In this document: positions 26,277 to 35,780 of the stretch, in pieces
Layout: the number at the start of each line of letters is the position of its first letter
How positions within the stretch are numbered: position 1 is the first letter of the stretch
NCBI GenBank assembly: GCA_030693145.1
Contig: JAUYBI010000021.1
Location: forward strand, 1-50,704
Direction: 5' to 3'
DNA from: Candidatus Omnitrophota bacterium
GTDB lineage: Bacteria; Omnitrophota; Gorgyraeia; Gygaellales; Profunditerraquicolaceae
Length of the DNA stretch: 50,704 nucleotides
Made by a program: the position numbers and the translations under genes
Notes under the pieces: generated by a model
Told to the model about the DNA's origin: nothing
The model's input: the letters and a program-made list of their open reading frames with translations, nothing else
The model's database searches: none

Positions 26277-27173
26277 ATGCGTTTAAAAGATATCGGTGAA
26301 TTTGGATTAATTAAGAGATTTCAAAAAAAGATTAAGATTAATTCTTCTGTGGTTAAGGGCAGCGGGGATGACTGCGCGGTTTTAAAACTTAATAAGAGCA
26401 GTTATCAATTATTTACCTGCGATATGATCGTTGAGGGGGTGGATTTTTTTAAAACCGCTGATCTTAGGCTTGTGGGCAGGAAGGCATTGGCGGTATCAAT
26501 TAGCGATATTGCTGCCTGCGGAGGGATCCCTCAGCATGCCGTAGTGGCGTTGGGATTATCCGGGAATATGCAGGTTCATCAGATTGACCGTCTGGCTAAA
26601 GGTTTATTGGATTTGGCCGGGAAATTTAATATTAATATTGTCGGAGGAGATATTTCCGCCTCCAGTAAGCTGATCATTGACGTGAGCATGCTGGGGGTAG
26701 TCCAGAAAAATAAACTTTGCTTGCGTCAGGGAGCAAGAGCCGGTGATTTGATTATGGTTACCGGTGAGTTTGGCGGCGCGATTAAAGGCAAGCATCTAAA
26801 ATTTACTCCGCGCTTAAAAGAAGCGCAATTTTTAGTGAATAATTTTAAAATCAACGCGATGATTGATGTTTCTGACGGCCTGGTTGCCGACTTAGGGCAT
26901 ATTTTAAAGCAGAGCTCGGTGGGGGCGGTTTTATACGCAAGCCTTATTCCATTGAGTAAGCAGGCTCAAGGTATGGAGGAAGCACTTTGTTCGGGTGAGG
27001 AGTTTGAACTGCTTTTTACTGTCTCCCGGGGCCAAGCGAGTAAAATTATTCAGAGCGCCAAATATTGTTTTAAAGTTATCGGTGAAATCATGCCGGAAGC
27101 ATTTGGCCTAAGATTAATTAATTCTAAAAATGAATATTCTAAACTTAAGTTCCAAGGCTATAGGCATTTTTAA
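26277..27173 (+). CDS. thiL: Thiamine-monophosphate kinase
   Basis: IGEFGLI, GDDCAV, AIR-synthase-like fold motifs. Confidence 0.85.
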   Translation: MRLKDIGEFGLIKRFQKKIKINSSVVKGSGDDCAVLKLNKSSYQLFTCDMIVEGVDFFKTADLRLVGRKALAVSISDIAACGGIPQHAVVALGLSGNMQVHQIDRLAKGLLDLAGKFNINIVGGDISASSKLIIDVSMLGVVQKNKLCLRQGARAGDLIMVTGEFGGAIKGKHLKFTPRLKEAQFLVNNFKINAMIDVSDGLVADLGHILKQSSVGAVLYASLIPLSKQAQGMEEALCSGEEFELLFTVSRGQASKIIQSAKYCFKVIGEIMPEAFGLRLINSKNEYSKLKFQGYRHF

Positions 27174-27640
27174 TGGAAAAATTATCTTCATCGGTTAATC
27201 AGACATTAAGGCTGGGTAAAATGATCGCCGGCAATCTTCGCGGAGGCGAGATTATTCTTTTATCCGGTTCGCTGGGAGCAGGCAAAACAGTTTTAGCCAA
27301 GGGAATCGCTCAAGGGTTAGGGATTAATAAAAATAATGTCGTTAGCCCGACCTTTGTCTTATTGCGCGTATATCCAGGAAAACATTTATTGCAGCATTTT
27401 GATTTTTACCGCATTAAAACTCCGGAAGAGATTCTGGCTTTAGGGCTTCAGGAGTACCTGTATTCCGATGCGGTGACGGTTATCGAATGGCCTGAACGGT
27501 TAAAATTCATCTTGCCAAAAGAATTTTTAAAGATTAAACTATTCTCTAAAGCTAGAAATCAAAGGTACTTTAAGTTTATGGCTAAAGGCTCCAGATATAG
27601 AAAATTATTAGAAAAAATTCATGAAGATATTAGGGATTGA
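27173..27640 (+). CDS. tsaE: tRNA t6A37 biosynthesis ATPase TsaE
   Basis: GSLGAGKT Walker A, SPTF, HFDFYR motifs. Confidence 0.9.
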   Translation: MEKLSSSVNQTLRLGKMIAGNLRGGEIILLSGSLGAGKTVLAKGIAQGLGINKNNVVSPTFVLLRVYPGKHLLQHFDFYRIKTPEEILALGLQEYLYSDAVTVIEWPERLKFILPKEFLKIKLFSKARNQRYFKFMAKGSRYRKLLEKIHEDIRD

Positions 27641-28295
27641 TACTACCACTAGTCGTCTTTGCCTGGGATTGTATGTAGACGGTAAATTCTATGAATACAG
27701 CCTGCAGGTAGGCAGAAGGCTTTCAGAATTATTAGTTCCGATTATTCAGCGGGTGATTTGTGCGTTAGGATTAAAAATAGCGGATATTGATTATTTTGCC
27801 TGCGGCTTGGGCCCGGGTTCATTCACGGGAATGCGTATTGGTTTAGCGACGATAAAAGGATTAAGCGTCGTAAGAAATAAGCCGGTGATCGGAATATCGA
27901 CATTAGATATCCTGGCTATGAATGCGCCGGTAAAAGATCGTTTGATTGTTACTGCGCTGGATGCCAAACGGTCGCTTATTTACTGCAGTGCCTATAGGTA
28001 TGAGCGGGGCAGCTTAAAACGTAAGAGTGCCTATGCGCTCCTGAGCCTGGATGAATTAGTAAAAAAGTTTCCCAATAAGGCGGTAATTTTAGGAGATGCC
28101 GCAGCTTTGTATGGCGACGCGCTATTAACCCGTATCAAGAACGCAACTATTTTGGATAAAGATTATTGGATCGTGCAAGCGCACAATCTTATATCTCTGG
28201 CGCTGGCCAAAATTAAAGCTAAACAATTTTCTTCCGTTTTAACCGTTAAACCCATTTATTTATATTCTAAAGAATGCCAAATAAAAACGCGATAG
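27621..28295 (+). CDS. tsaB: tRNA t6A37 biosynthesis protein TsaB
   Basis: ILGIDTT, GPGSFTGMRIG motifs. Confidence 0.9.
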   Translation: MKILGIDTTTSRLCLGLYVDGKFYEYSLQVGRRLSELLVPIIQRVICALGLKIADIDYFACGLGPGSFTGMRIGLATIKGLSVVRNKPVIGISTLDILAMNAPVKDRLIVTALDAKRSLIYCSAYRYERGSLKRKSAYALLSLDELVKKFPNKAVILGDAAALYGDALLTRIKNATILDKDYWIVQAHNLISLALAKIKAKQFSSVLTVKPIYLYSKECQIKTR

Positions 28296-29395
28296 GTTAT
28301 CGGCCCACCTGGGCAGAGATTAATCTGGATTATTTAGAGCATAACTTTAAAGAAGTTAAATCTCTACTGCAGCCGGAGACTAAGGTTTTAGTTACGGTCA
28401 AGGCGGATGCCTATGGCCATGGTTTAGTGGAGGTAGCCAAAAGACTAGTTACTTGCGGGATAGATTATCTGGGGGTGGCCTCTATCGATGAGGGAATTGA
28501 GTTAAGGGGGGCGGGAATAAAAACTCCGATCTTACTTTTGGGCTTGATTCTTAAAAAAGACATCAATCCGCTTTTTACTTACCAGCTTATTCCTACTGTT
28601 TGTGATAGAGCAACGGCAAAGGCACTTAATGCTCGAGCGGCTGTATTAAAACAGAGGATGCCCATTCATATTAAAGTAGATACTGGAATGGGTAGGATCG
28701 GAGTTCTGCACACTGAGGCGTTGGAATTGGTAGTGGATATTCATAAACTTAAAAATATTACAATCCAGGGTATTTTTACGCATTTTGCCTTAGCGGACTC
28801 TGATCGTAAATTTACTGTTTTGCAAATTAATTTATTTGACCGGTTAATTAGTAAATTAAAAAAGAGAGGTATTGTTATTCCCTTGGTACATGCGGCTAAT
28901 AGTATTGGGTTAATTAACTATAAGAATAGCCATTTTACGATGGTTAGGCCGGGGTTAGTAATTTATGGCTTGCATCCGAAAGAAGGCTTACGTATAAATT
29001 TAAAACCTGTTTTAAGTTTGAAAACGCGCATTGTTTTCATTAAGCAGGTTCCTGCAGGCACCGGCATAAGTTATGGCCGCACTTATATAACTAAGCGGCC
29101 GACTCGCATCGTTATTTTACCTATTGGTTATGGTGATGGTTATCCGCGCAATCTTTCTAATTTAGGAATGTTACTGATTGGTGGTAGGCGATTTCGGATT
29201 AGTGGTAGGATTTGTATGGACCAGATTATGGTGGATGTGGGTAATTTTAAGCCAAAAATCGGAGATGAAGTTGTTTTGATTGGAAGGCAAGGCAAGCAAA
29301 AAGTTACTGCTGAAGAGCTTGCGGATTTATCCGGCACAATCTCCTATGAAATTGTCTGCGGTTTAGGCAGCCGGATTCCGAGAGTTTATAAATAA
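28274..29395 (+). CDS. alr: Alanine racemase
   Basis: VKADAYGHG PLP-lysine motif; C-terminal beta domain. Confidence 0.9.
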   Translation: MPNKNAIGYRPTWAEINLDYLEHNFKEVKSLLQPETKVLVTVKADAYGHGLVEVAKRLVTCGIDYLGVASIDEGIELRGAGIKTPILLLGLILKKDINPLFTYQLIPTVCDRATAKALNARAAVLKQRMPIHIKVDTGMGRIGVLHTEALELVVDIHKLKNITIQGIFTHFALADSDRKFTVLQINLFDRLISKLKKRGIVIPLVHAANSIGLINYKNSHFTMVRPGLVIYGLHPKEGLRINLKPVLSLKTRIVFIKQVPAGTGISYGRTYITKRPTRIVILPIGYGDGYPRNLSNLGMLLIGGRRFRISGRICMDQIMVDVGNFKPKIGDEVVLIGRQGKQKVTAEELADLSGTISYEIVCGLGSRIPRVYK

Positions 29396-29443
29396 AGGGG
29401 ACGGTTCTCTTAAGTAGTTTTATGAAGGAGAGAACCGTCCCCT
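29396..29443. terminator. Bidirectional stem-loop between the convergent alr and lptG genes (AGGGGACGGTTCTCT / AGAGAACCGTCCCCT)
   Basis: 15-bp perfect stem with an 18-nt loop; T-rich on the + side. Confidence 0.75.
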
Positions 29444-29448
29444 TGATT

Positions 29449-30549
29449 TTATGGTAATCTTGCGATAAGGTAGAGGCTGCTGGAGAGAATAATTATGTGG
29501 CTTAATGAGGCAGCTAGCGCCGGCGCGATTAAGCCGGATTTACCTACTGCCAGGCAGACAGCATCCAGGACATAATAGAGAAATCCTACGATAATGGAGA
29601 CCCCGATAGCCGACATTCCCGTGGCGCGTTTACGCATGAGCAGCGAAAAAGGAATTCCCAGAAGTATAATGATGATGCTGGTAAATGGCGAGTAGAAGCG
29701 CTGGTAGAGGTCCACCTTTAAATTCCGGATTACGGTAGTTGCCCCGCTTTTAGAAAGTATCCAGATATAATCTTGCAGTTGGCGTATGCTCATTTGGTCC
29801 GGTTTTTGCCTTAAAGAGGCAAGATTTTCAGGAGTTTCCGGGATACTCATAATCTCTTCTTCCAGATAGACGGGTTCATCAATTACCTGCCCGTTATGGT
29901 CAAATCGATAAGTAATACTTTGCAAGAATTTCCATAATCCATCCTGATAATATCCTCTGGTTGCGATAATTTTCTTAGTCAAATTTTGATTTTCATCCTG
30001 CTCTAGAATAGTGATTCCTTCCATAGTTTTAGCGGCAGGCGAAAACTTACTGATAAAAAATAATCTGTTTCTTAAGCCGTAGAGGGTAAGATTAGTGATG
30101 GTCTCGTTTTTCTTAGATTTACTTTTCGGCGAACCTTCTTCGATTTGGATTTTAATCTTTTGATTTTCAATTAGAGAGACGGGGACGAACCTGTCATTTA
30201 CCCAGAATACCGCCAGGCTAATCAGGAAACCAAAAATCAGGGCATTGCGGGCAATGGCAAATATGCTTAAGCCGCTTGAACGCATAGCGATGATCTCATT
30301 ATTATGATTAAGCTTTCCGAAAGTATAAACTGTGCTTAAGAGGCAGGCAAAAGGAGAGACCTGCACAAACATGATTGGCAGGTAGGAAACATAGTAACGT
30401 ACCAGCAGCGCTAAAGTGGCCTGGTGTTTTAATACCTCATCTAAATTAGAAAGCAGGTCAATGACGATATAGAGAAACAGAAATACAAAAATGCAGGAAA
30501 AGAATATATAAATAATCGATTTTAAGATGTAACGGTCTAAGATGCGCAT
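29449..30549 (-). CDS. lptG: LPS export ABC permease LptG
   Basis: YjgP/YjgQ family (MRILDRYILK...); 366 aa; overlaps the lptF stop. Confidence 0.85.
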   Translation of the reverse strand: MRILDRYILKSIIYIFFSCIFVFLFLYIVIDLLSNLDEVLKHQATLALLVRYYVSYLPIMFVQVSPFACLLSTVYTFGKLNHNNEIIAMRSSGLSIFAIARNALIFGFLISLAVFWVNDRFVPVSLIENQKIKIQIEEGSPKSKSKKNETITNLTLYGLRNRLFFISKFSPAAKTMEGITILEQDENQNLTKKIIATRGYYQDGLWKFLQSITYRFDHNGQVIDEPVYLEEEIMSIPETPENLASLRQKPDQMSIRQLQDYIWILSKSGATTVIRNLKVDLYQRFYSPFTSIIIILLGIPFSLLMRKRATGMSAIGVSIIVGFLYYVLDAVCLAVGKSGLIAPALAASLSHIIILSSSLYLIARLP

Positions 30550-31640
30550 AGTTTATAGGTTAAATATCCTCCGATAGAGGCAAAGATGATATTGGGTATC
30601 CATAGAGCAAGGGCTGCCGGCAGGATTCCTTCCATGGCTAGCGCGGTTAAGCCGATATACATAGGATAATAACAGACAATGATTAATACGGCAATTCCAA
30701 TGTTAATGGATTTTTCGCGCCGGCGGGTAATAATTCCCAGAGAAGAGCCCAGGAGCATGAAGACAAAACAGGAGAAGGCTAAGGCCAACTTTTCATGGAT
30801 TTTGGTAATCAGCGGAGCCGGGCTAATGCCTTCGGATTGAAGTTTGGCCGCCTCTTGCTTTAATTCGTGAATAGTCATTTCTTTATATTTCTTTTCGACA
30901 ACCTTATCCTGCATCTGGGCCATATCCAGGTTCATAAAGTAAGAACGGAAATTAAGCTTGTAGAAATTTGTGGGGTTTTCCGGGTCAGGCTCATCAGAAG
31001 TTCCGTCGATAAGTTTTAATTTTATGGCATTTTGCCCGGGAATAGTGATAAATTCACCGGCTTTAGCCACAATCGTGCGCGTTGGCCGATCTTCCCCCTG
31101 GGGTTCGTAAATCCGGATATTATTAAGCCGGTTTTTCTTCTGATCGACATGGTAGATAAAGAGGATGTATTTTTTGAAGGAATCAATGAATACTCCTGCT
31201 TCAAAAGCGGCGGTAGGATTTTTTATGCCCATTTCCTGTAAGGTTTTCCGGTAAGCAAAATGCGAATATGAAGCTGCCCGATCATTAAAAACCGCCAAGG
31301 CCAGGCTTAAAGCCAGGCCGATAATTAATAAAGGCAGTATTAATTTGAATAGGTTTATGCCGCTTGAGCGGATGGCGATTATTTCATTATCGCCGCTTAA
31401 TCTGCCCAGGGCAAGCAATACTGCCACCAGTATTGATATCGGCAAGGTATAGGTGACAATATAAGGAGTAAGGTAGGCAAAAATCTGGATTACGCTGAAT
31501 ATATCCACTCCTTTATTGATGACTAAATCCGCAATGCGTTTTAAATTACCGATAAGTACCATGACAAAGGTTAATACTCCCAGGCATAATAATAGCGGCC
31601 CGAGAAATTCTCTTAAGACATAATTGCGCAGGATTTTCAT
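30537..31640 (-). CDS. lptF: LPS export ABC permease LptF
   Basis: YjgP/YjgQ family; start placed at the internal ATG (MKILRNYVLREF), directly after the comF stop. Confidence 0.85.
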   Translation of the reverse strand: MKILRNYVLREFLGPLLLCLGVLTFVMVLIGNLKRIADLVINKGVDIFSVIQIFAYLTPYIVTYTLPISILVAVLLALGRLSGDNEIIAIRSSGINLFKLILPLLIIGLALSLALAVFNDRAASYSHFAYRKTLQEMGIKNPTAAFEAGVFIDSFKKYILFIYHVDQKKNRLNNIRIYEPQGEDRPTRTIVAKAGEFITIPGQNAIKLKLIDGTSDEPDPENPTNFYKLNFRSYFMNLDMAQMQDKVVEKKYKEMTIHELKQEAAKLQSEGISPAPLITKIHEKLALAFSCFVFMLLGSSLGIITRRREKSINIGIAVLIIVCYYPMYIGLTALAMEGILPAALALWIPNIIFASIGGYLTYKLCAS

Positions 31641-31642
31641 GG

Positions 31643-32374
31643 TTAACTGGCTAAAGTTAAAAGGAGTACTTTTCTCGCTCCGGCGCTTTTTAAGCATTTG
31701 GCTGCCTCGTTGGAGGTAGCCCCGGTAGTTAAGACATCATCGATAAGCAATAAATTCGTATCTTTAATTAATTCCGGTTTGGTTACGGCGAAACTTTCTT
31801 CTACATTCTGGCAACGCTCCCGGAAAGTAAGTTCCGTCTGAGTCTGCGTGCGTTTAACGCGGATGAGCGCATCGGTTAAAACCTGTTTATCGAACTCCCG
31901 GGCGACCTCTTGGCTTAAGATCTCCGCTTGGTTAAATTCTCTCTCCCGCTGCCGGCTCCTGTGTAGTGGTATGGGGATAATAAAATCAAGATGTTGGATG
32001 GGCAATTGGTAATCCCGGATAAATGTCTGCATTAATTTTCCCAAGGGTTTGCCCAGATAATCCTTACCGGAATATTTAAACTCATGGATCAGTTTCTTGA
32101 TGGAGCCGGTATATGTACAAGGGCTAAAGGCCCGGTCAAAATAAAAATTTGCTTTGCACTTTGAGCAACTTGGACAGGTGTTTTTTTCTATTGCTTGGGA
32201 GTCCAGGTGCCTGCCGCAGCGAGCGCAGAAAGGAGGTAGGTTTTTCTCAAACAAATCCCAGCAGCCGGAGCAGATTAATTGCTGTTGGCCAGCCGGCGGA
32301 ATCTTGTTTTTACAAACTAAACAGTAGTTTGGATAAATTAAATCCTTTAAGCCTTTAAACAACCCCCGCAACAT
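31643..32374 (-). CDS. comF: ComF-family protein (zinc finger plus phosphoribosyltransferase domain)
   Basis: CxxC..CxxC N-terminus; PRTase motif LLIDDVLTTGAT. Confidence 0.8.
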   Translation of the reverse strand: MLRGLFKGLKDLIYPNYCLVCKNKIPPAGQQQLICSGCWDLFEKNLPPFCARCGRHLDSQAIEKNTCPSCSKCKANFYFDRAFSPCTYTGSIKKLIHEFKYSGKDYLGKPLGKLMQTFIRDYQLPIQHLDFIIPIPLHRSRQREREFNQAEILSQEVAREFDKQVLTDALIRVKRTQTQTELTFRERCQNVEESFAVTKPELIKDTNLLLIDDVLTTGATSNEAAKCLKSAGARKVLLLTLAS

Positions 32375-32430
32375 AAAGATATAATATCAATGAAAATTAG
32401 GTTTGTCAAAGTAATTGGCATACGAAGGTA

Positions 32431-32459
32431 TTGACAGCCGGCTTTATCGATAGTAAAAT
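32431..32459 (+). promoter_or_regulatory. Sigma70-type promoter TTGACA-17 nt-TAAAAT for pyrE
   Basis: -35 at 32431-32436 and -10 at 32454-32459; first ATG at 32467. Confidence 0.55.
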
Positions 32460-32466
32460 AAAAATA

Positions 32467-33027
32467 ATGGAAAAACTGGATCCTGCGGAATTAAAAGTTA
32501 GGTTATTCAATTTGTTAAACCAAGAGGCCTTAAAAAGAGGTAAGTTTGTCCTTTCTTCGGGTAAGGAAAGTAATTATTATCTTGATGGCCGCATCATTAC
32601 CTTGAGTCCGGAAGGCGCGTATCTGGTTGCCGGGATAATCTTGGAGATGATTAAGGGCCAAGCTTTGGATGCAATCGGCGGTCCGACTTTAGGGGCCGAT
32701 CCCATTGTCGGAGCCCTGGCGGCATTAAGCTATATCCATAAACAGCCGATTAAAACATTTATTGTGCGTAAACAGGCCAAAGAGCATGGGACGCAGAGGC
32801 AGGTAGAAGGCCCGGAGTTAAAAAAGGGTGATCATGTAATTCTGATCGATGATGTGGCTACCAGCGGCAAAGCAATTCTGGAAGCCAAGCAGGCTTTGGA
32901 CAAAATCGGAGTAATTGCCCAGAAAGCAATCGTGATTGTTGACCGTAACCAGGGCGCTGCTGAAAATTTAGCCAAAGCAGGCCTAAAGTTAGATTCAATT
33001 TTTAAGATCTCGGATTTTGGCCTTTAG
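32467..33027 (+). CDS. pyrE: Orotate phosphoribosyltransferase
   Basis: PRTase motif VILIDDVATSG; start moved to the ATG at 32467 because the track start at 32431 is the TTG of the -35 hexamer. Confidence 0.85.
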   Translation: MEKLDPAELKVRLFNLLNQEALKRGKFVLSSGKESNYYLDGRIITLSPEGAYLVAGIILEMIKGQALDAIGGPTLGADPIVGALAALSYIHKQPIKTFIVRKQAKEHGTQRQVEGPELKKGDHVILIDDVATSGKAILEAKQALDKIGVIAQKAIVIVDRNQGAAENLAKAGLKLDSIFKISDFGL

Positions 33028-33035
33028 GTGCTCTG

Positions 33036-34280
33036 ATGAAAAGAATAAAAATTTTAGTAGTTGGTGGCGGCCCATCAGGAATGATGGCGGCAATCCGGGC
33101 AGCAGCTTTGGGCCAGGAGATAATCCTTCTTGAAAAAAAGAGTACCCTGGGTAATAAGCTCCTCTTAAGCGGCAAAGGCCGCTGTAATCTCACCAATACC
33201 GAAGATCTCCAGTATTTCCTAAAACGTTTCTCTAAGAGTGGTGACTTCTTACGGGATGCTTTTAAAAAGTTTTTTTCCCAAGAGTTGATTTCTTTCTTCG
33301 AAGAGCGTGGTTTAAAACTAAAAGTTGAGCGCCAAATGCGCGTGTTCCCTCAGGGTGGCCGCTCTTGTAGTGTACTGGATATATTAAAAAAAGAATTGGA
33401 AAAGCTCAAGGTAAAAATTATTTATAAAAGCAAAGTAGTGGATTTGCTGGTTGCCGGCGCAACCGCCCGGGGAGTACGCTTAGAGAATGGGACGGATATT
33501 ACGGCTGACCGGATAATTTTAGCCGGCGGTGGGGCAAGTTATAGTTTTACCGGTTCCGACGCATCCGTAATAAATATCGCCAAGAAATTCGCCCATACGA
33601 TTGTGCCTTTGCAGGCAGGTTTAGTTCCTCTGGACGTAAAACAAAATTATCCTAAAAAATTAGAAGGTTTAACCTTACGTAATATCAGGCTTAAGTTTTC
33701 CGACGGCAAGACGCAGATTATTTCCGAGATTGGGGAATTAATTTTTACATCGGCCGGGATATCCGGGCCGCTGGTAATTACTTTAAGCGGCAAGGTAATT
33801 GATCTACTGGGTCCGGAGAGCGAAGTTTATGTGGATATAGATTTAAAGCCGGCATTATCCAGCGAACAGCTTGACGGCCGCCTGCTTCGGGAGTTTAAAT
33901 CTAATTCTAAAAAAATTATTCAGAATACACTTAAAGAATTATTACCCTTGCGTTTAATTAAAGTTTTTATGGAGGCCACTGGAATCGGCCCGCTTACAAA
34001 ATGCAGTCAGATTACCCAAAACCAAAGACAAAAGATAATTTCTTTACTTAAAGGTTTTCAAATGGAGATTTCCGGCCCGCGGCCTCTGGAAGAGGGGATG
34101 GTTACCCGGGGAGGAGTCAGCCTAAAAGAGATAAATCCGCGCACCATGGAATCGCGTTTGATTAAGGGCCTATATTTTTGCGGGGAGATGATTGATGTTG
34201 ACGCCGATACCGGCGGATTTAACCTTCAGGCGGCTTTCTCGACGGGATACTTGGCTGGAGAGAGTGCGGCATTGAGTTAG
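33036..34280 (+). CDS. HI0933/YhiN-family FAD-dependent oxidoreductase (BaiN-like)
   Basis: VVGGGPSGMMAA dinucleotide fold; GKGRCNLTN; C-terminal GEMIDVDADTGGFNLQ. Confidence 0.8.
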   Translation: MKRIKILVVGGGPSGMMAAIRAAALGQEIILLEKKSTLGNKLLLSGKGRCNLTNTEDLQYFLKRFSKSGDFLRDAFKKFFSQELISFFEERGLKLKVERQMRVFPQGGRSCSVLDILKKELEKLKVKIIYKSKVVDLLVAGATARGVRLENGTDITADRIILAGGGASYSFTGSDASVINIAKKFAHTIVPLQAGLVPLDVKQNYPKKLEGLTLRNIRLKFSDGKTQIISEIGELIFTSAGISGPLVITLSGKVIDLLGPESEVYVDIDLKPALSSEQLDGRLLREFKSNSKKIIQNTLKELLPLRLIKVFMEATGIGPLTKCSQITQNQRQKIISLLKGFQMEISGPRPLEEGMVTRGGVSLKEINPRTMESRLIKGLYFCGEMIDVDADTGGFNLQAAFSTGYLAGESAALS

Positions 34281-34313
34281 GGTAGGAACCTCTTCTACAG
34301 TTCTACGGTTTGC

Positions 34314-34353
34314 TTTAACAGTAGGGGAGGTTTAAACCTCCCCTACTGTTAAA
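34314..34353. repeat. REP-like A-type perfect 40-bp palindrome TTTAACAGTAGGGGAGGTTT|AAACCTCCCCTACTGTTAAA
   Basis: Read directly. Confidence 0.9.
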
Positions 34354-34378
34354 ACCGGCCGTGAATATAAATTATTAA

Positions 34379-35725
34379 ATGGAAAAAATTTATTTAGCTT
34401 CCAATTCCAAAGCCCGAAAGAAATTGTTAGAGAAATTTGGCCTGAAGTTTAAAATCCTTCCTTCTAAAATTAAAGAGCAAACCAGCCGTGGTAATTTATC
34501 TTATGTTCAGCTTGTGCAAGCCAACGCTCGGAACAAGGCCGTAGATGTAGCTGCCAGCTTAACCGAGGGGATTATTATTGCCGCCGATACCATTTGTGTA
34601 CAGGATGGCAAGATATTCGGTAAACCGAAAAATATACCAGATGCCCGCCTTATGCTTAAGCAATTATCGGCTAAGCCGCAATGGCTTTATACCGGCCTGG
34701 CAGTTATAAAAAAAGATAAGCGCAAAGAAAGAATTATCCTGGACTATGAAAAAACAAAAGTTTATATGGATCGCTTAAGCAGCAGAGAGATTAATCGTTA
34801 TTTTAAACAGGTTTCTCCGTTGGATAAAGCGGGGAGCTTTGATATTCAGGGCAAGGGGGCATTTTTTATCAAGAGGATAGACGGCTGTTTCTATAATGTC
34901 GTCGGTCTGCCTTTGCGAAAACTCTATCGTATTTTTCAGAAACTGGGTGTGTTTTCTTTAATTTGTTTTGTCTGGGTGCTCGCCGGCTGTTCTACCGAAT
35001 ATAACCTGGCGACCAAGCAGGAGGAGAAATATTATTATAGTACGGATCAGGAAGTGAAGATAGGCCAGTCAGTTAACCGCCAGGTGGAAAAGGAATTAAA
35101 ATTTTCCAGTGACCCTTTACAGAAAAAACGCGTAGAGGATATCGGCAAAAAGATAGCCGCAGTCAGCGATAGGAAAGAGATTGATTACTATTTTCAGGTT
35201 TTGGATGATGATACGGTAAATGCCGTTTCGCTGCCCGGAGGCTATGTCTATGTCAACAGCGGATTATTGGATAAAGTTTCCAGTGATGATGAACTGGCCT
35301 GCGTTTTGGCACACGAAATAGGCCATATCGTTGCCCGGCACAGTATCAAAAAACTCCAGGCAATGCAAAGTTATTCTGTATTAAGGCTATTAGTGGCCGT
35401 TGCTCCCGGTACAGGAGGGGTTGGCCCTGCCGCCGATGCTGCTTTTACTCAATTTCTTCTGGGTTATAGCCGGGAGGATGAGCTGCTTGCGGATCAATTA
35501 GGGACCCGCTACGCTAAATTGGCAGGTTATAACCCGCACGGTATGATTACTTTTTTAACCAAACTACAGGATATAAACCGCAGGATGCCGCTTAGAGAGC
35601 GTTCATATTTTAAGAGCCACCCGTATGTGCCGGACAGGATTAGGGTAGTTAAACAGGAACTGAATGAAGGAATTGAATTTAGCGATTACATCAATATTGA
35701 ACAAAAACCCCATGAACCCCGTTAG
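34379..35725 (+). CDS. Single ORF fusing a Maf-like nucleotide pyrophosphatase (aa 1-~190) to a lipobox-containing hydrophobic segment and an M48 zinc metallopeptidase (HEIGH)
   Basis: Maf motifs (LASNSKAR, DKAGSFDIQG, NVVGLP); VWVLAGC lipobox; AHEIGHIVARH. Confidence 0.75.
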   Translation: MEKIYLASNSKARKKLLEKFGLKFKILPSKIKEQTSRGNLSYVQLVQANARNKAVDVAASLTEGIIIAADTICVQDGKIFGKPKNIPDARLMLKQLSAKPQWLYTGLAVIKKDKRKERIILDYEKTKVYMDRLSSREINRYFKQVSPLDKAGSFDIQGKGAFFIKRIDGCFYNVVGLPLRKLYRIFQKLGVFSLICFVWVLAGCSTEYNLATKQEEKYYYSTDQEVKIGQSVNRQVEKELKFSSDPLQKKRVEDIGKKIAAVSDRKEIDYYFQVLDDDTVNAVSLPGGYVYVNSGLLDKVSSDDELACVLAHEIGHIVARHSIKKLQAMQSYSVLRLLVAVAPGTGGVGPAADAAFTQFLLGYSREDELLADQLGTRYAKLAGYNPHGMITFLTKLQDINRRMPLRERSYFKSHPYVPDRIRVVKQELNEGIEFSDYINIEQKPHEPR

Positions 35726-35777
35726 AGGCAGGACGCCAGAGGCGTCCGACGGTTGCCTTCGGCAACCTGCCTCTAAC
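35721..35777. terminator. Y-shaped stem-loop: 12-bp outer stem GTTAGAGGCAGG/CCTGCCTCTAAC enclosing two hairpins (GACGCC/GGCGTC; GGTTGCC-TTC-GGCAACC)
   Basis: Read directly; overlaps the stop codon of the Maf-M48 ORF. Confidence 0.6.
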
Positions 35778-35780
35778 GGG

